A DNA stretch of 64,000 nucleotides from an uncultured virus (IMG/VR IMGVR_UViG_3300036716_000812). Its lineage: Duplodnaviria > Heunggongvirae > Uroviricota > Caudoviricetes. Each line of letters begins with the position of its first letter. Position 1 is the stretch's first letter. The position numbers and the translations under genes were made by a program. The notes under the pieces are model-generated. The model was given only the letters and a program-made list of their open reading frames with translations. It was not told where the DNA came from and ran no database searches. Where the stretch lies: the IMG/VR virus record IMGVR_UViG_3300036716_000812; one strand, 5' to 3'. Of this stretch, positions 7,519-18,047 are shown piece after piece.

Positions 7519-10203
7519 TCATCTATTTTGTATTACTATGAAATCATTTAACTCTGCTTTAGGAGAGTGTATGGTTGATAATGGATATTCATAACCTGTG
7601 TCTCTATTTTGATATTGTAATAAAAATTTAGACTCTATAGAAAAATTATGAAATTCATTATAAACAAATGGATATGGTTGCAACACTGCTATTCCGCCTG
7701 GCTCTAAATATTCTTTTACGTTCTCAATGAAAAACTTTATGTCTTTTAACATGTATGGCATAAAGAATGTACTTTGTGCGCCAGTTTTACCATCAACAGT
7801 TTCCCAGTTTTGACTAACACTTCCTTGAGAAAAGTTCACAATTCTGTCTGATTGCCAGAAAATATTTGACATAGTGACAAGTATAACATCATATTTCTTA
7901 CCTAGTTTAAATTTTTGTTGAGGGCGAATGTGAATATCCATAGGGACTAAATCAATCTCTTTCCACATATGTTGCAAGTCTGGTAACATATCACCTGCTT
8001 CCTCATAAGAATTTGTGCAGTTAACTTCTGTGAATCCCTCAGACTCTAAAAACTTAGGAGTGATACCAAAATGTGTCCCCATGTCTAATATTTTTGTATC
8101 TCTTGGTGCGTAATGTAATCCTATATTCTTCATAATCATAATATGATTTGTCCAATACTCGGGCATTAGACTTGCATTGAAATAATCAGAGTGTCCTTTC
8201 TCTTTGAAATACTCTATAATTCCATCTTGTTCTTCAAAGAACTCCGTAAGAAATTTATCGAATCTTCCTCTAAGACTTGGAATATTAGAAGGATGTCTAT
8301 TTCTCCATGTTCCTTTTTTGAAATAAAGTTCAAAGTGGTCTTTAAACATATCATATACATAATTACTATTCAATAATTTATCGACTTTTTCATCAGCCCA
8401 GGCTGACTCCCATTTAATCTGGTTAGACATATGACTTTTGAATACTAATTTTCGTTGTATTATATGACTGATTTCTCTTACTATTCGATGTATTCTTGAC
8501 CTAGAATCGTGGTCAATCGGTCTGTAAAAGCCATCCTCGTATGGATTATCTAAGTCAAACAGATAATCTATATTATCGTATGGCAACTCTTGTTGTTTTA
8601 TACGGGCGTCTTGTAGTATTTCTTTGTCACCATCCAACACCATAGATAATATTTCTTCTGTTTCTTTGCCTAATTCTTTTGCTAATGCTACCGCACCCAT
8701 ATACAGTCTCTTTCTAGGGTCGTGTGAGAGGGCAACTAAACTGGTATTTTCAAAATCAACATCGTCTATAGAAATCAATTTGAATCCTAGTTTAGGAGAA
8801 ATCTCGTCTAACACAATATTACTTTCAGTTGGTATGATTGCTACTTGTGTGTTTTCACTATACCATATTTTGTTATTCCAATCTAAATCGTCAATCTTTT
8901 TAATTTGTTTAGATGTTAATCCCGGCTTTAACTTTAAGTTATCATCTATTGAAAGTGAAGTTAATATCCGTTTGTCAACATTGTGAACAAAGTTATCCTT
9001 GTAATGATTGTAGTTGTGTTCTAATATTTCCTGCATGTTGCTGTCATAGATTACAACCCCGTAATCATCTACTTCTAATGGAATAGTTAAGATTTTTTCA
9101 ATACTATCGCCAATAAGTTTTACTCTATGTTGAATATGACTTCCCTTATCGTACTCTTCAGACCAAAAATCATCAAATGTTCTGAATCCCAGTTCTTTTA
9201 AATGAGCCATAAATCCCTTATCACCAACAACGATGAATGGCTTTTTAGATAATATTGCTTGTGATAACTTTTCACTTATTGACACCATTCCATTATTAGT
9301 TGACGTGAATTCTGTGATAACTTCTGCGTATATTTTTTGTCTTATAGGAAACATCTCACTGACTCGGTCTAGGCTAGAACTGCCAAACCATTCATCTCTG
9401 TCTATCTCTGGATTATATGGTAGCCGTGTGTCGTATATTTCTTCAGCAATCCTTTCAAATATTTCTTTGTCATAATCATCACTATGATAACTAGCAATGC
9501 CCGTAATTGCATCTTTATCCATCTGAGGAGTTATATTATCATTTGCTGAGCCTAGAAAACTTAAATAAAAGTCCTTTGATATGTTGAGATTTCTTTTTAA
9601 TAGTTCAGCCATCAGTAAAATCCTATTAGTTCTTAATCTTCGATTTAAAGATAAGATATGTCTAGGCTCATTATCAGTTAATGGAATACTTAATCCTTCA
9701 TTCCAGTTCCAATCGCCGTATCGTAATACAGTTCTCGATGCACTGATTATTTCTATCGTGCCTTCCCATTCACAGTTTTCATACATTGTCCAGTATTTTA
9801 CATTATGATGACATTTTAAATGACCAAAAAACTTGTCCACCAATCTATAGGTTTCTTCGTTGACTAATTCGACACCCATATCAATTATAATACATGTATT
9901 TCCTTCTTCTATATTACTAATTACACCGTCATCATTTTTCAAATCTTCTAGCATGAATAAAACAGAATCTTCATAATTGAATTCGTCACCCAAATCTAGT
10001 AGTTGGGTTCTATATATGTGAGTTGATAAACTAGGAGAGACAAAATAATAATTATCGAAACGCACACTTGGGTCTAATTCGTCAATATAGTTTTGATAGA
10101 TATCATAGTTCTCGACCGGACATACCTCCAGTGTATCTGGACCTTGCCAGTCGTTAATAATCCGACTAGAACGATTTACAACTCTTTTGTTATAGTACAT
10201 CAT
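7519..10203 (-). CDS. Multidomain protein: glycosyltransferase-like N-terminus, central domain, C-terminal class I SAM methyltransferase
   Basis: LSLNRR, EVITE..ISEKLSQAILSKKPFIVVG..LGFRTF (GT-B/GT10-like signature); C-terminal ILDMGTHFG and KYDVIL. Confidence 0.55.
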   Translation of the reverse strand: MMYYNKRVVNRSSRIINDWQGPDTLEVCPVENYDIYQNYIDELDPSVRFDNYYFVSPSLSTHIYRTQLLDLGDEFNYEDSVLFMLEDLKNDDGVISNIEEGNTCIIIDMGVELVNEETYRLVDKFFGHLKCHHNVKYWTMYENCEWEGTIEIISASRTVLRYGDWNWNEGLSIPLTDNEPRHILSLNRRLRTNRILLMAELLKRNLNISKDFYLSFLGSANDNITPQMDKDAITGIASYHSDDYDKEIFERIAEEIYDTRLPYNPEIDRDEWFGSSSLDRVSEMFPIRQKIYAEVITEFTSTNNGMVSISEKLSQAILSKKPFIVVGDKGFMAHLKELGFRTFDDFWSEEYDKGSHIQHRVKLIGDSIEKILTIPLEVDDYGVVIYDSNMQEILEHNYNHYKDNFVHNVDKRILTSLSIDDNLKLKPGLTSKQIKKIDDLDWNNKIWYSENTQVAIIPTESNIVLDEISPKLGFKLISIDDVDFENTSLVALSHDPRKRLYMGAVALAKELGKETEEILSMVLDGDKEILQDARIKQQELPYDNIDYLFDLDNPYEDGFYRPIDHDSRSRIHRIVREISHIIQRKLVFKSHMSNQIKWESAWADEKVDKLLNSNYVYDMFKDHFELYFKKGTWRNRHPSNIPSLRGRFDKFLTEFFEEQDGIIEYFKEKGHSDYFNASLMPEYWTNHIMIMKNIGLHYAPRDTKILDMGTHFGITPKFLESEGFTEVNCTNSYEEAGDMLPDLQHMWKEIDLVPMDIHIRPQQKFKLGKKYDVILVTMSNIFWQSDRIVNFSQGSVSQNWETVDGKTGAQSTFFMPYMLKDIKFFIENVKEYLEPGGIAVLQPYPFVYNEFHNFSIESKFLLQYQNRDTGYEYPLSTIHSPKAELNDFIVIQNR

Positions 10204-12023
10204 AATATTTTCTTTATTTCCCTAGCAAGATATTGAGTAGTATCCTGTCCCCAATGACCATCATCAAGTTTATCTATTATATTAGTATCTTCATTATCTT
10301 TCATGTATATAGAAACGCATCGTCTGTTTTCGATATTCATATCTTTTATGTATTTGTCGATAATTTTATAATCAACTGGATGTAGTTCCTGTTCAAATCC
10401 AATAATTCTAACTAGTATTATATTCCAATTCATTGCTCTTGTTATCCAATCAATTCTCCTTAGATTTGTTTCTAAATTTTTTAAATATACATTTGCGTAT
10501 GTTGTATGAGAACGTATTATTCCATCTCTAGCAGTGTTTACCATCTTTTTTAATTTCTTTTTTGAACTTATTGTTTCTTTATCTAAATCGTCTGCTACAT
10601 GGTCCCAGTCTGGCGATATGTTATAATTTCTTATAGTACCATTTCCTGACTCTATATCATCTTTTTTATGAAAGGGATTAACACCATGAATTGAATCTGG
10701 ATATTCAGCATCTACAAAAAAATCAAATCTATACAATGATGACATTGCTATTATTATTGATTTTGTTTTGTGAGCGTTTTCATCGTTAGTCCATTTTTCT
10801 AATCTATTTACAATTGTATTATTGCCTGCTCCAGGGCAACCAAAATTAGGAAAGAGAATATCTGGACATTCTCTTCTTAATACTGTCCCTAGTTCGTGTT
10901 CTTTGGGTAATCCATGACCGAACATGAAACTATCTCCGAATATAGGAATGATTGTCCTTTCATTTTCTATGTTACTTATGTCTGTCCTTGTCGGATAATC
11001 AGTTTCATAAACTTCAGTCTCACCAGTAAAATGAAGATGATTGATTCGATTTGGTACACTATTACCCGTCTGTTGTCTTTTTAAATTTGAAAACAATGAA
11101 AATTTAGATGTAATGTTACTTGGCTCTGTATAAATTCTAGTCGAATTATGTCCTGTGTAGTAGTCATCTGACTTACCATGAAGAGTGCCATTTTTGTATT
11201 CTCCTTCATCCCACTTTGTGCCATCATCCCAATATCTAACGTACGGACCATCCAATGTGCCTTTATTAAATGTGAATTCGGTTGATATCGTGCCACATGG
11301 TGCATATGTAATTTCTTTACCATGCCTTTGGCCATCTTTATATTGATGTTCCCACATAAGTCTTCCATCAGGAGAATATTGTGTCATTACTTCACTTTGA
11401 TTTCCTTTTTTGTCAAAGATAGTAGTATTTTTTAGTTGGTCGGTTCCATAATAATGATAGTGAACTCTTCTTTGAAATTCACCGTTGTTGAACCACTGCT
11501 CATCTTCTATTCGTCCGTCTAATCTGTATCTACAGTAGTGTCCATGTCTCTCACCATCTTTATATTCACCGCTATCTCGTTTAATTTTTATTGTATCATC
11601 TTGAATCTTTCTATACATATTATAACAATAAGGCTCATCAAAGTCAACCCACTCAGTGATATGATAATCAACTTGGCTTGGCTTTTCGAAGATTGCGTCT
11701 GTATCTGCAAACTTACTATTTTTTGTTGTGTCTAACCATATAGTAATGTCAGCATCAAAATACTTTCTTGTTTCTTCTAAGGGACAAATAAAATCAGCAA
11801 TTACGCTTTTGCCTGCTTCTACTAGAACATCTGATAAGAACTTCATTCTATCTGCTTGGCGTAATCTACCTTCTTTGGAGAAGTCCCAATCATTAAACTC
11901 TTCCCTAATCTTGTCGGCGTTCAGCCAAACAGCATCCATCACTTTTGATAATGGTTCTGACAATGTACTTTTACCACTGCCAGAAAGTCCACACACTAAT
12001 ATCTTTTTAGGATTCATTGCCAT
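10200..12023 (-). CDS. Fusion of adenylyl-sulfate kinase (CysC-like), MORN-like repeats and an SGNH/GDSL-like domain
   Basis: GLSGSGKST P-loop, LNADKIRE, DFSKEGR, ADFICP; YKDG/YKNG..HG repeats; FGDSFMFG..GAGN..DGHWG. Confidence 0.7.
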   Translation of the reverse strand: MAMNPKKILVCGLSGSGKSTLSEPLSKVMDAVWLNADKIREEFNDWDFSKEGRLRQADRMKFLSDVLVEAGKSVIADFICPLEETRKYFDADITIWLDTTKNSKFADTDAIFEKPSQVDYHITEWVDFDEPYCYNMYRKIQDDTIKIKRDSGEYKDGERHGHYCRYRLDGRIEDEQWFNNGEFQRRVHYHYYGTDQLKNTTIFDKKGNQSEVMTQYSPDGRLMWEHQYKDGQRHGKEITYAPCGTISTEFTFNKGTLDGPYVRYWDDGTKWDEGEYKNGTLHGKSDDYYTGHNSTRIYTEPSNITSKFSLFSNLKRQQTGNSVPNRINHLHFTGETEVYETDYPTRTDISNIENERTIIPIFGDSFMFGHGLPKEHELGTVLRRECPDILFPNFGCPGAGNNTIVNRLEKWTNDENAHKTKSIIIAMSSLYRFDFFVDAEYPDSIHGVNPFHKKDDIESGNGTIRNYNISPDWDHVADDLDKETISSKKKLKKMVNTARDGIIRSHTTYANVYLKNLETNLRRIDWITRAMNWNIILVRIIGFEQELHPVDYKIIDKYIKDMNIENRRCVSIYMKDNEDTNIIDKLDDGHWGQDTTQYLAREIKKIL

Positions 12024-14502
12024 ATGCCTCTATACTTTCAATCGTTTCACTGAACTCATCGTTTGTTTCTTTGCCACAAAACAAAGAGCAAGTTCTCAAT
12101 CGTTTGTCTCTAACATTATTATCTTTAAAATTCTCTACCCACTTTTCTTGGAACATTGGTCCATCTATTATATCTTCCAACTTTGTGTGATGTAAACTTA
12201 TCTTATCTCTTCCAAAAGAGTTTATAAAATCTTTAAGTTGTGCTGTTTCTTCATTGTCATAAGCATAGTACTTACTTGCTGTAAAGCAACAAGGAAAAAC
12301 TAAACCATCGTGTGCTACAAACACACTCTTGTTGTGAAGAACCATACAATCAATTTTGCTGTTTCCTAGTTTGACTTCCCATTCAGTTAATGGTCTATCG
12401 TCATCTTTAATAAATTTAGGTGGAATATATGTCGGTGTTGTTTCTACTGGAATACCTCTTTCTTCATCCTTTTTTATCTTTTGAATTATAGATTCAATAT
12501 CATCAGGCTCTGTCATGGTCTTTGTTTGCTTGTAAAAGTCTTCATACTTCACTGAAGCAACTATTTTATTTGTAAATTCGTTTTCTGGTGGCTCAAGTAC
12601 ATACTGATAAGAACCATCAGTATCAAACACTCGTATGCCCTCTTTCACTTCTCTATTTAAATCATTATGAACAAATCCCATTGCTTTCTTTTCAAAGAAT
12701 TTGTCAAAACCTAGTTCATCTGCTAATGCTCTTGCTTCTGCTATTTGATGTTGGTTGTGCTTGAATACAAGAAACTCCCATCTAGCACGTCCGCCACCCT
12801 TTATAAAGTTTTTCATAGCCATCATTATTTTTGACCAATTAGTTCCTTTTCTATACAGATGATTTGTGTCTTCTAACCCATCTACAGAAAACGTTAAAAT
12901 TCCACGTTTTCCTATTAGTTCACCGAGTGATTGCCAAAACTCTGGGTTTCTGCCACTTCCGTTTGTATTCATTGTAATTCTAAGATTTGGATTTACAGAC
13001 TTAGCATAAGTGAGAATGGGTATAAGGTCAGGATTAGTCATGGAGTCTCCATAGTTGCCACACATTGATAATCCATATAATTGCTTAATGAAGTCATCAC
13101 TAAACCACTCTTTAAATTTTTCAATACTTACATATGTTTCTTTGAACGATGTATTTTTTAATCCGCCATTTGCTCGTCTATTACATACTGGACACAATGC
13201 ATTACATAAACTACTAGTCTCTAAATCTAAATGAAGTAATTCTTTGTGTTTATACATTGTTCTCTTTCCAACTTTTGTATAGTTATGACTCACTGATTCC
13301 TTCGTGCTTTTTATTTCTGTGTTTGTGTCCTTGCCACAAAATGTTCCACAAGTATATAACTTTCCTTCTTCTATAGAATTCTTGTTCCAACTATTGACAA
13401 ATCCGGTTTGCATAATATCGGACTCTATAATATCTTTTATATTTTTCGTTTCGCTAAGAGTTATTGTTTCTTCTCCATAACTCTCTACAAAATTTCTCAA
13501 CTGCACAGTCTCATAACTAGCAGTTGCATAATATTTACTTGCTGTAAAGCAACACGGAAACACAACGCCAGTTGAGGAAACAAACACACTTTGTGATTTC
13601 TCCATGCCGGCCCAACTCAAAGCAGAACACTCAATCTGGCACTTATCTAATTTTTTTACGCCAATTGGGTCCTCATCTGATATAGTTTCTAAATGGGCAG
13701 ACAGGCCAACACTTCTATAGTTGAAGGTTTCGGTTATATCTTCTAGTTGCATAGGCATAGTGCTTTCATTTGTGAAGTTATCGGATTTGTATCGTACTGA
13801 TGGCTTTCTTATTGCTTCGTTTTGCCATTCATCATCTGGACTATATAGATAGTGGTCAAACGAACCATTGGATTTTAATTTTCTGATAATTGAAATTCCA
13901 TCCTCGCCAGCCATAAATCCCATTGCTTTCTTTGGCCAAAACTCATCCATACCCAAATCTTCTGATAACTTTCTTGCTTCTGCTATTTGATGTTGGTTGT
14001 GTTTAAAAACTAAAAATTCCCACACTGTTCTTACCTTCTTTGTAGAAGTAACGGCTTTCATAGCAGTCATTACTTTTTCCCAGTTGACTCCTTTTCTATA
14101 CAGATGGTTTGTGTCTTCTAATCCATCAACACTAAAAACTATACGTCCTGCTTTGCCTATAACTTCTGCTAAATCTTTCCAAAACTCGGCATCTCTACCA
14201 CCTGCATTAGTGTTCATAGAAATAGCACAAGTTGAATTTATAGACCTAAAGTATCTGAGTATGGAAATCAAATCCGGCGCAGTCATAGGGTCGCCATAGT
14301 TTCCACATAAAGTTAATTGTTTCATTCGTCTTATCAAATCAATAGGAAACCATGCCTTGAATTCACCCAGTGTAACTGCTCTTTCTATCATTATTGGATT
14401 CTTAGGTCCACCAGACAGGCGCCTGTTACAAATTGGACACTCTGCGTTACACAAACTGCTTATTTCTAAATGTATGTCTTTTATCTGTTCGTAATCATAC
14501 AT
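12007..14502 (-). CDS. Tandem double radical SAM protein, each half with a C-terminal SPASM/twitch-like domain
   Basis: Two CxxxCxxC motifs (CNAECPIC, CNALCPVC), two CGNYGD, two FSVDGLEDTNHLYR, two VFPCC..CxxxC. Confidence 0.85.
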   Translation of the reverse strand: MYDYEQIKDIHLEISSLCNAECPICNRRLSGGPKNPIMIERAVTLGEFKAWFPIDLIRRMKQLTLCGNYGDPMTAPDLISILRYFRSINSTCAISMNTNAGGRDAEFWKDLAEVIGKAGRIVFSVDGLEDTNHLYRKGVNWEKVMTAMKAVTSTKKVRTVWEFLVFKHNQHQIAEARKLSEDLGMDEFWPKKAMGFMAGEDGISIIRKLKSNGSFDHYLYSPDDEWQNEAIRKPSVRYKSDNFTNESTMPMQLEDITETFNYRSVGLSAHLETISDEDPIGVKKLDKCQIECSALSWAGMEKSQSVFVSSTGVVFPCCFTASKYYATASYETVQLRNFVESYGEETITLSETKNIKDIIESDIMQTGFVNSWNKNSIEEGKLYTCGTFCGKDTNTEIKSTKESVSHNYTKVGKRTMYKHKELLHLDLETSSLCNALCPVCNRRANGGLKNTSFKETYVSIEKFKEWFSDDFIKQLYGLSMCGNYGDSMTNPDLIPILTYAKSVNPNLRITMNTNGSGRNPEFWQSLGELIGKRGILTFSVDGLEDTNHLYRKGTNWSKIMMAMKNFIKGGGRARWEFLVFKHNQHQIAEARALADELGFDKFFEKKAMGFVHNDLNREVKEGIRVFDTDGSYQYVLEPPENEFTNKIVASVKYEDFYKQTKTMTEPDDIESIIQKIKKDEERGIPVETTPTYIPPKFIKDDDRPLTEWEVKLGNSKIDCMVLHNKSVFVAHDGLVFPCCFTASKYYAYDNEETAQLKDFINSFGRDKISLHHTKLEDIIDGPMFQEKWVENFKDNNVRDKRLRTCSLFCGKETNDEFSETIESIEAYGNES

Positions 14503-15694
14503 GAGTAATCATTCCTTTAAATTCTGGTAGATAGTCTTCAATATTTTGTTTTCGTATCTCATCTAAATTACGTGTATATTCTTTTGCTTGTTCCCATTTA
14601 TTGGGTTTATCTGGTCCACCGAACATAGTTTTTAGTTCATCAAGTTTCCATTTATCAAATACATCTTCGAAACTCTTATGAATTTTGTCACGCATCTCTT
14701 TTGGTAATACAGCAGGAGATAAGATATCTGGGTCGTATACATAATTGTGATGTACGAAAGTTCCATACTTCTTATTGAATGCTATGTAGAAATCACCCAA
14801 TGTACTGTAGTTCATCCACGAAACTGTCTGTGTAATGTCCATTTCAAAGCCTTCGTTTTTTAGGCGGAGAAAGTTTTTCTCAACATCGTTCCATTTTGTG
14901 GGATAGCGGATGTAGTGGTTTCTATCACCTAAGTCATCTATGCTACAACTTATTTTAACATGGTCAAACTTCTTCCATAAGTCTATAACTTTCTCATTCA
15001 TTAATGTCATATTAATATTATACCACAACTTGATATCAGTTTTGCCTAATTCAACAAGTCGTTCTAAGAACGCAAAGTGTTCTTTGATTAACATCGGTTC
15101 GCCACCATTAATGTAAAAAGTTTTAACGTTATCACAGTGTTGTAGTAAGTCTTCCCAAAATCCCTCACGTTCTGGCCATCTGAAGCCTTCCATTGTGTTA
15201 TAATCTGTCAACTGAAACGTAGTTGCTTTCTGTAACGCATCATAATCATTTCTCCATTTACTACTAGAAGCAGGATTACAAGTACGACAAGCAACGTTAC
15301 AAGTGTTGCCTAGACGTAGTTCTACAAATTCTAATTGTACATCTTTCATATAGCCTGTATTATCTGTTACTTCTCTCGCAACATCTATAGTATACTCTGG
15401 ATAGTTTTTGATTTCTTCTACACGTTTTGAGTTCATACCCTTGGCTTCTTCTGCGTAGCAACGCAAACAGGCTTTGGGTTTTTTGCCATCTAATACTTCT
15501 AGTCTTGCTTTCTTGTAACTATCACTGTTCATTGTGTCGTGTACAGTGTCGTGGTTTAGATTATAAAATCTATCACCATCACGTGAACTACTCAACGCAT
15601 GGCGATGGTCAGCAACACAACAATGTGTTACTCCGCCATGAGGATGCGTAGCAAGATGTTGAAACAACAATGGGCAGAAAGTATCACTCATCAA
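14495..15694 (-). CDS. Radical SAM protein with N-terminal twitch-like Cys domain
   Basis: CPLLF..THCC..CLRC, then CNVACRTC, GGEP, SID. Confidence 0.85.
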   Translation of the reverse strand: MMSDTFCPLLFQHLATHPHGGVTHCCVADHRHALSSSRDGDRFYNLNHDTVHDTMNSDSYKKARLEVLDGKKPKACLRCYAEEAKGMNSKRVEEIKNYPEYTIDVAREVTDNTGYMKDVQLEFVELRLGNTCNVACRTCNPASSSKWRNDYDALQKATTFQLTDYNTMEGFRWPEREGFWEDLLQHCDNVKTFYINGGEPMLIKEHFAFLERLVELGKTDIKLWYNINMTLMNEKVIDLWKKFDHVKISCSIDDLGDRNHYIRYPTKWNDVEKNFLRLKNEGFEMDITQTVSWMNYSTLGDFYIAFNKKYGTFVHHNYVYDPDILSPAVLPKEMRDKIHKSFEDVFDKWKLDELKTMFGGPDKPNKWEQAKEYTRNLDEIRKQNIEDYLPEFKGMITHV

Positions 15695-16655
15695 TTAATT
15701 CTACATTAGTTAGTTTAGTACATTTTACCATCTCTTTTATGACTTCTTCTTTGTTCGTTTCAGTCATATCTATTTTTCCTAATATAATTCTTCCAGAAGT
15801 AAACATGGGCAAATTAAAATCATAATATTGGTCAAGATTATTTTCTTTAATCCATGCATCGATATTTGATGTCCAGTGTGGAATGCCAGTCGTCTCTTCC
15901 TTAAGTTCTTCCTTAAGTCGAACCTCAAATGCAGGATGTACTGTTATTTGTTGTTCAAGTCCTTTTGTTTTTACTAATTCTAAATCATTAGTAGCATAGC
16001 ACGTCTGTAAATCTTTACCAACTCTAAAGTAATCAAGTGTTAAGTCACCCCATTCAAAATCTGTTCTGAAATTATTATAGTCTTCGTCTGTTAGATTTTG
16101 TATCTCCGCTCCTCCATGTTGAGTCATTAGACGTGTTGTTCCGAAAAATTCTAAGTTCTCTGGTGGAGACCAATATTCCATAGAATGAACAAGTTGATTT
16201 ATTTCTTCTAAGAGTTGATATATTTCTCCGTTTTGACAGTATTCAGCAGAGTCGTTAACTTCTGGCATATTTGATACATTCTCAAAATACAAATGAAGTG
16301 CGTTAAGTTTTAATATCTCACAATCAAGTGAGTTTTCATTTAATACTAGAGACTCATCAACGTTTGGAATTCCATCCTTTGATTTAATTTGTTCGATTAT
16401 CCAATTCATTCTTTTTTTCATTTTAAAAAAAGTATCAACTTGAACTGATGGATAAAAATTATAAGAACAATTTAATATATCTTCTTTAAGCATTGTGTCC
16501 ATAATTCTAATAAATTTTTCAGTTGTTGAGCAATCTTTTGTTAAATTAAAAACAACAGAATATGTTTGGTCATCCAATTTATATTTTGACAGAGAATGCT
16601 CGCCTCTCACGGGAGGCAACATATCTGTTTGTGATAGTGTCATTTTAAGTTTCAT
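15684..16655 (-). CDS. Hypothetical protein in the radical SAM operon
   Basis: 323-aa ORF overlapping both neighbours; no recognised motif. Confidence 0.6.
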   Translation of the reverse strand: MKLKMTLSQTDMLPPVRGEHSLSKYKLDDQTYSVVFNLTKDCSTTEKFIRIMDTMLKEDILNCSYNFYPSVQVDTFFKMKKRMNWIIEQIKSKDGIPNVDESLVLNENSLDCEILKLNALHLYFENVSNMPEVNDSAEYCQNGEIYQLLEEINQLVHSMEYWSPPENLEFFGTTRLMTQHGGAEIQNLTDEDYNNFRTDFEWGDLTLDYFRVGKDLQTCYATNDLELVKTKGLEQQITVHPAFEVRLKEELKEETTGIPHWTSNIDAWIKENNLDQYYDFNLPMFTSGRIILGKIDMTETNKEEVIKEMVKCTKLTNVELIDE

Positions 16656-18040
16656 TTTTCTTCACCTTTCCACCATTCATATAGTTCATCATCTGCTTTG
16701 TATATGTCAGCAATTGTAATTTTTTCATCTCTAATACTATCTAGTCTATCTTGGTAACCTTTACCATTCTTTTTGCCTTGTATAAATTCTTCTGGATATT
16801 CTTCTTCAAATGAAGGTCTATTTCTCATTTCTCTTAACGTATTTATTAGTGTAAATTGTTTGTGGGTGGCAATAGGTTCCATATACTCAAGTAACTCGTC
16901 AATCTTTCTAGTAAGAATATGTTTCGGCCATGCAAAGGGCGAGAATATAATGTCTGGATGAAACGCAAACATAATCTTTGTTTCTATTCTCACATCAAGT
17001 TCTAAACTTAAATCAAACAAGTCTTTGATACTAAACATACCTGGACCAGTAATCGTTAAGTCAAACAACATCTTATCTTTTCCACCTGGTGCGGCTAGAC
17101 CTTCTTTGAAGTTTTCTAACCATTCTTCCCATACGATTCCTTTACGAATGAACTCAACAATATCACCTGTTCCATCTATACTCGCACACATCAGCCAATC
17201 TTTGAACTGTGGTAGATAGTCAAATAGTTTTTGACCTTTGAATTCAGTACGTGATAGATTAGAATTATATCTTAGATGACAGTTCTTTGCTGAACCATTC
17301 TTGACCATTTCTTCTAATGCCCACCAATGTATATCATACATCAATGGTTCTCCGCCAACCCAATAGATTTCTTCAACTATGCCTTTCGATATTGCTTCTC
17401 TGAATTCTGGTTCAACAACTTCAGTCTGAAACGAGGTCATCTTCTTCTTAACATCTTTCTGCATAAACGGTTGTTGTTCTATGCTCCACATATTATTCTT
17501 TTTCTTTTCTGCTTCCCAAGACGATGACAATTGTTCGCCACACATACGACACTTGAAGTTACATAAGTTTGAGTATCTGTAATCAAATGAAATAACAGGC
17601 ATCGTTGTGTGTCCATCTTCGTCTGTGTTGTCAAATGCTTCTTGTATCTTATCTCTGAATAGAACACCCGTAAACCATTTACGGTATGATGATATACTTA
17701 AGATGTCATCGTTACATACATCACACTGTGATATGCGTTCACCTGCCATAAGTTTCTTGCGGATGTCTTTCATATACGGTGAGTTCCAATGTTCTTCTAA
17801 ACTGACAGGATTAAAATCGTCTGCCAATGTTTTAGATTCTTTTATCTCGCCATACGTCTCATCGTTAGTCGCATCAATATACTGTTTTTGAAATGAGTGT
17901 TCTTCTCTACTTGCACAACACATTCTTCTCTCACCTTGTGGAGATATGTAAGTGTGTGACCACGGTGCCATACAGAAAGTTTTGTTCTCACTTTCTTCAG
18001 CACAACTGCCATCTTTATTCCAAATTGGTACTATTTTCAT
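16652..18040 (-). CDS. Radical SAM protein with N-terminal twitch-like Cys domain
   Basis: CMAPWSH..RMCC..CDVC, CNFKCRMC, GGEP, ASIDG. Confidence 0.85.
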   Translation of the reverse strand: MKIVPIWNKDGSCAEESENKTFCMAPWSHTYISPQGERRMCCASREEHSFQKQYIDATNDETYGEIKESKTLADDFNPVSLEEHWNSPYMKDIRKKLMAGERISQCDVCNDDILSISSYRKWFTGVLFRDKIQEAFDNTDEDGHTTMPVISFDYRYSNLCNFKCRMCGEQLSSSWEAEKKKNNMWSIEQQPFMQKDVKKKMTSFQTEVVEPEFREAISKGIVEEIYWVGGEPLMYDIHWWALEEMVKNGSAKNCHLRYNSNLSRTEFKGQKLFDYLPQFKDWLMCASIDGTGDIVEFIRKGIVWEEWLENFKEGLAAPGGKDKMLFDLTITGPGMFSIKDLFDLSLELDVRIETKIMFAFHPDIIFSPFAWPKHILTRKIDELLEYMEPIATHKQFTLINTLREMRNRPSFEEEYPEEFIQGKKNGKGYQDRLDSIRDEKITIADIYKADDELYEWWKGEEK

Positions 18041-18047
18041 GTCTCTA
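18016..18047. repeat. 32-bp direct repeat, copy 1 (gene junction)
   Basis: tattccaaattggtactattttcatgtctcta, identical to 18791-18822. Confidence 0.95.
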
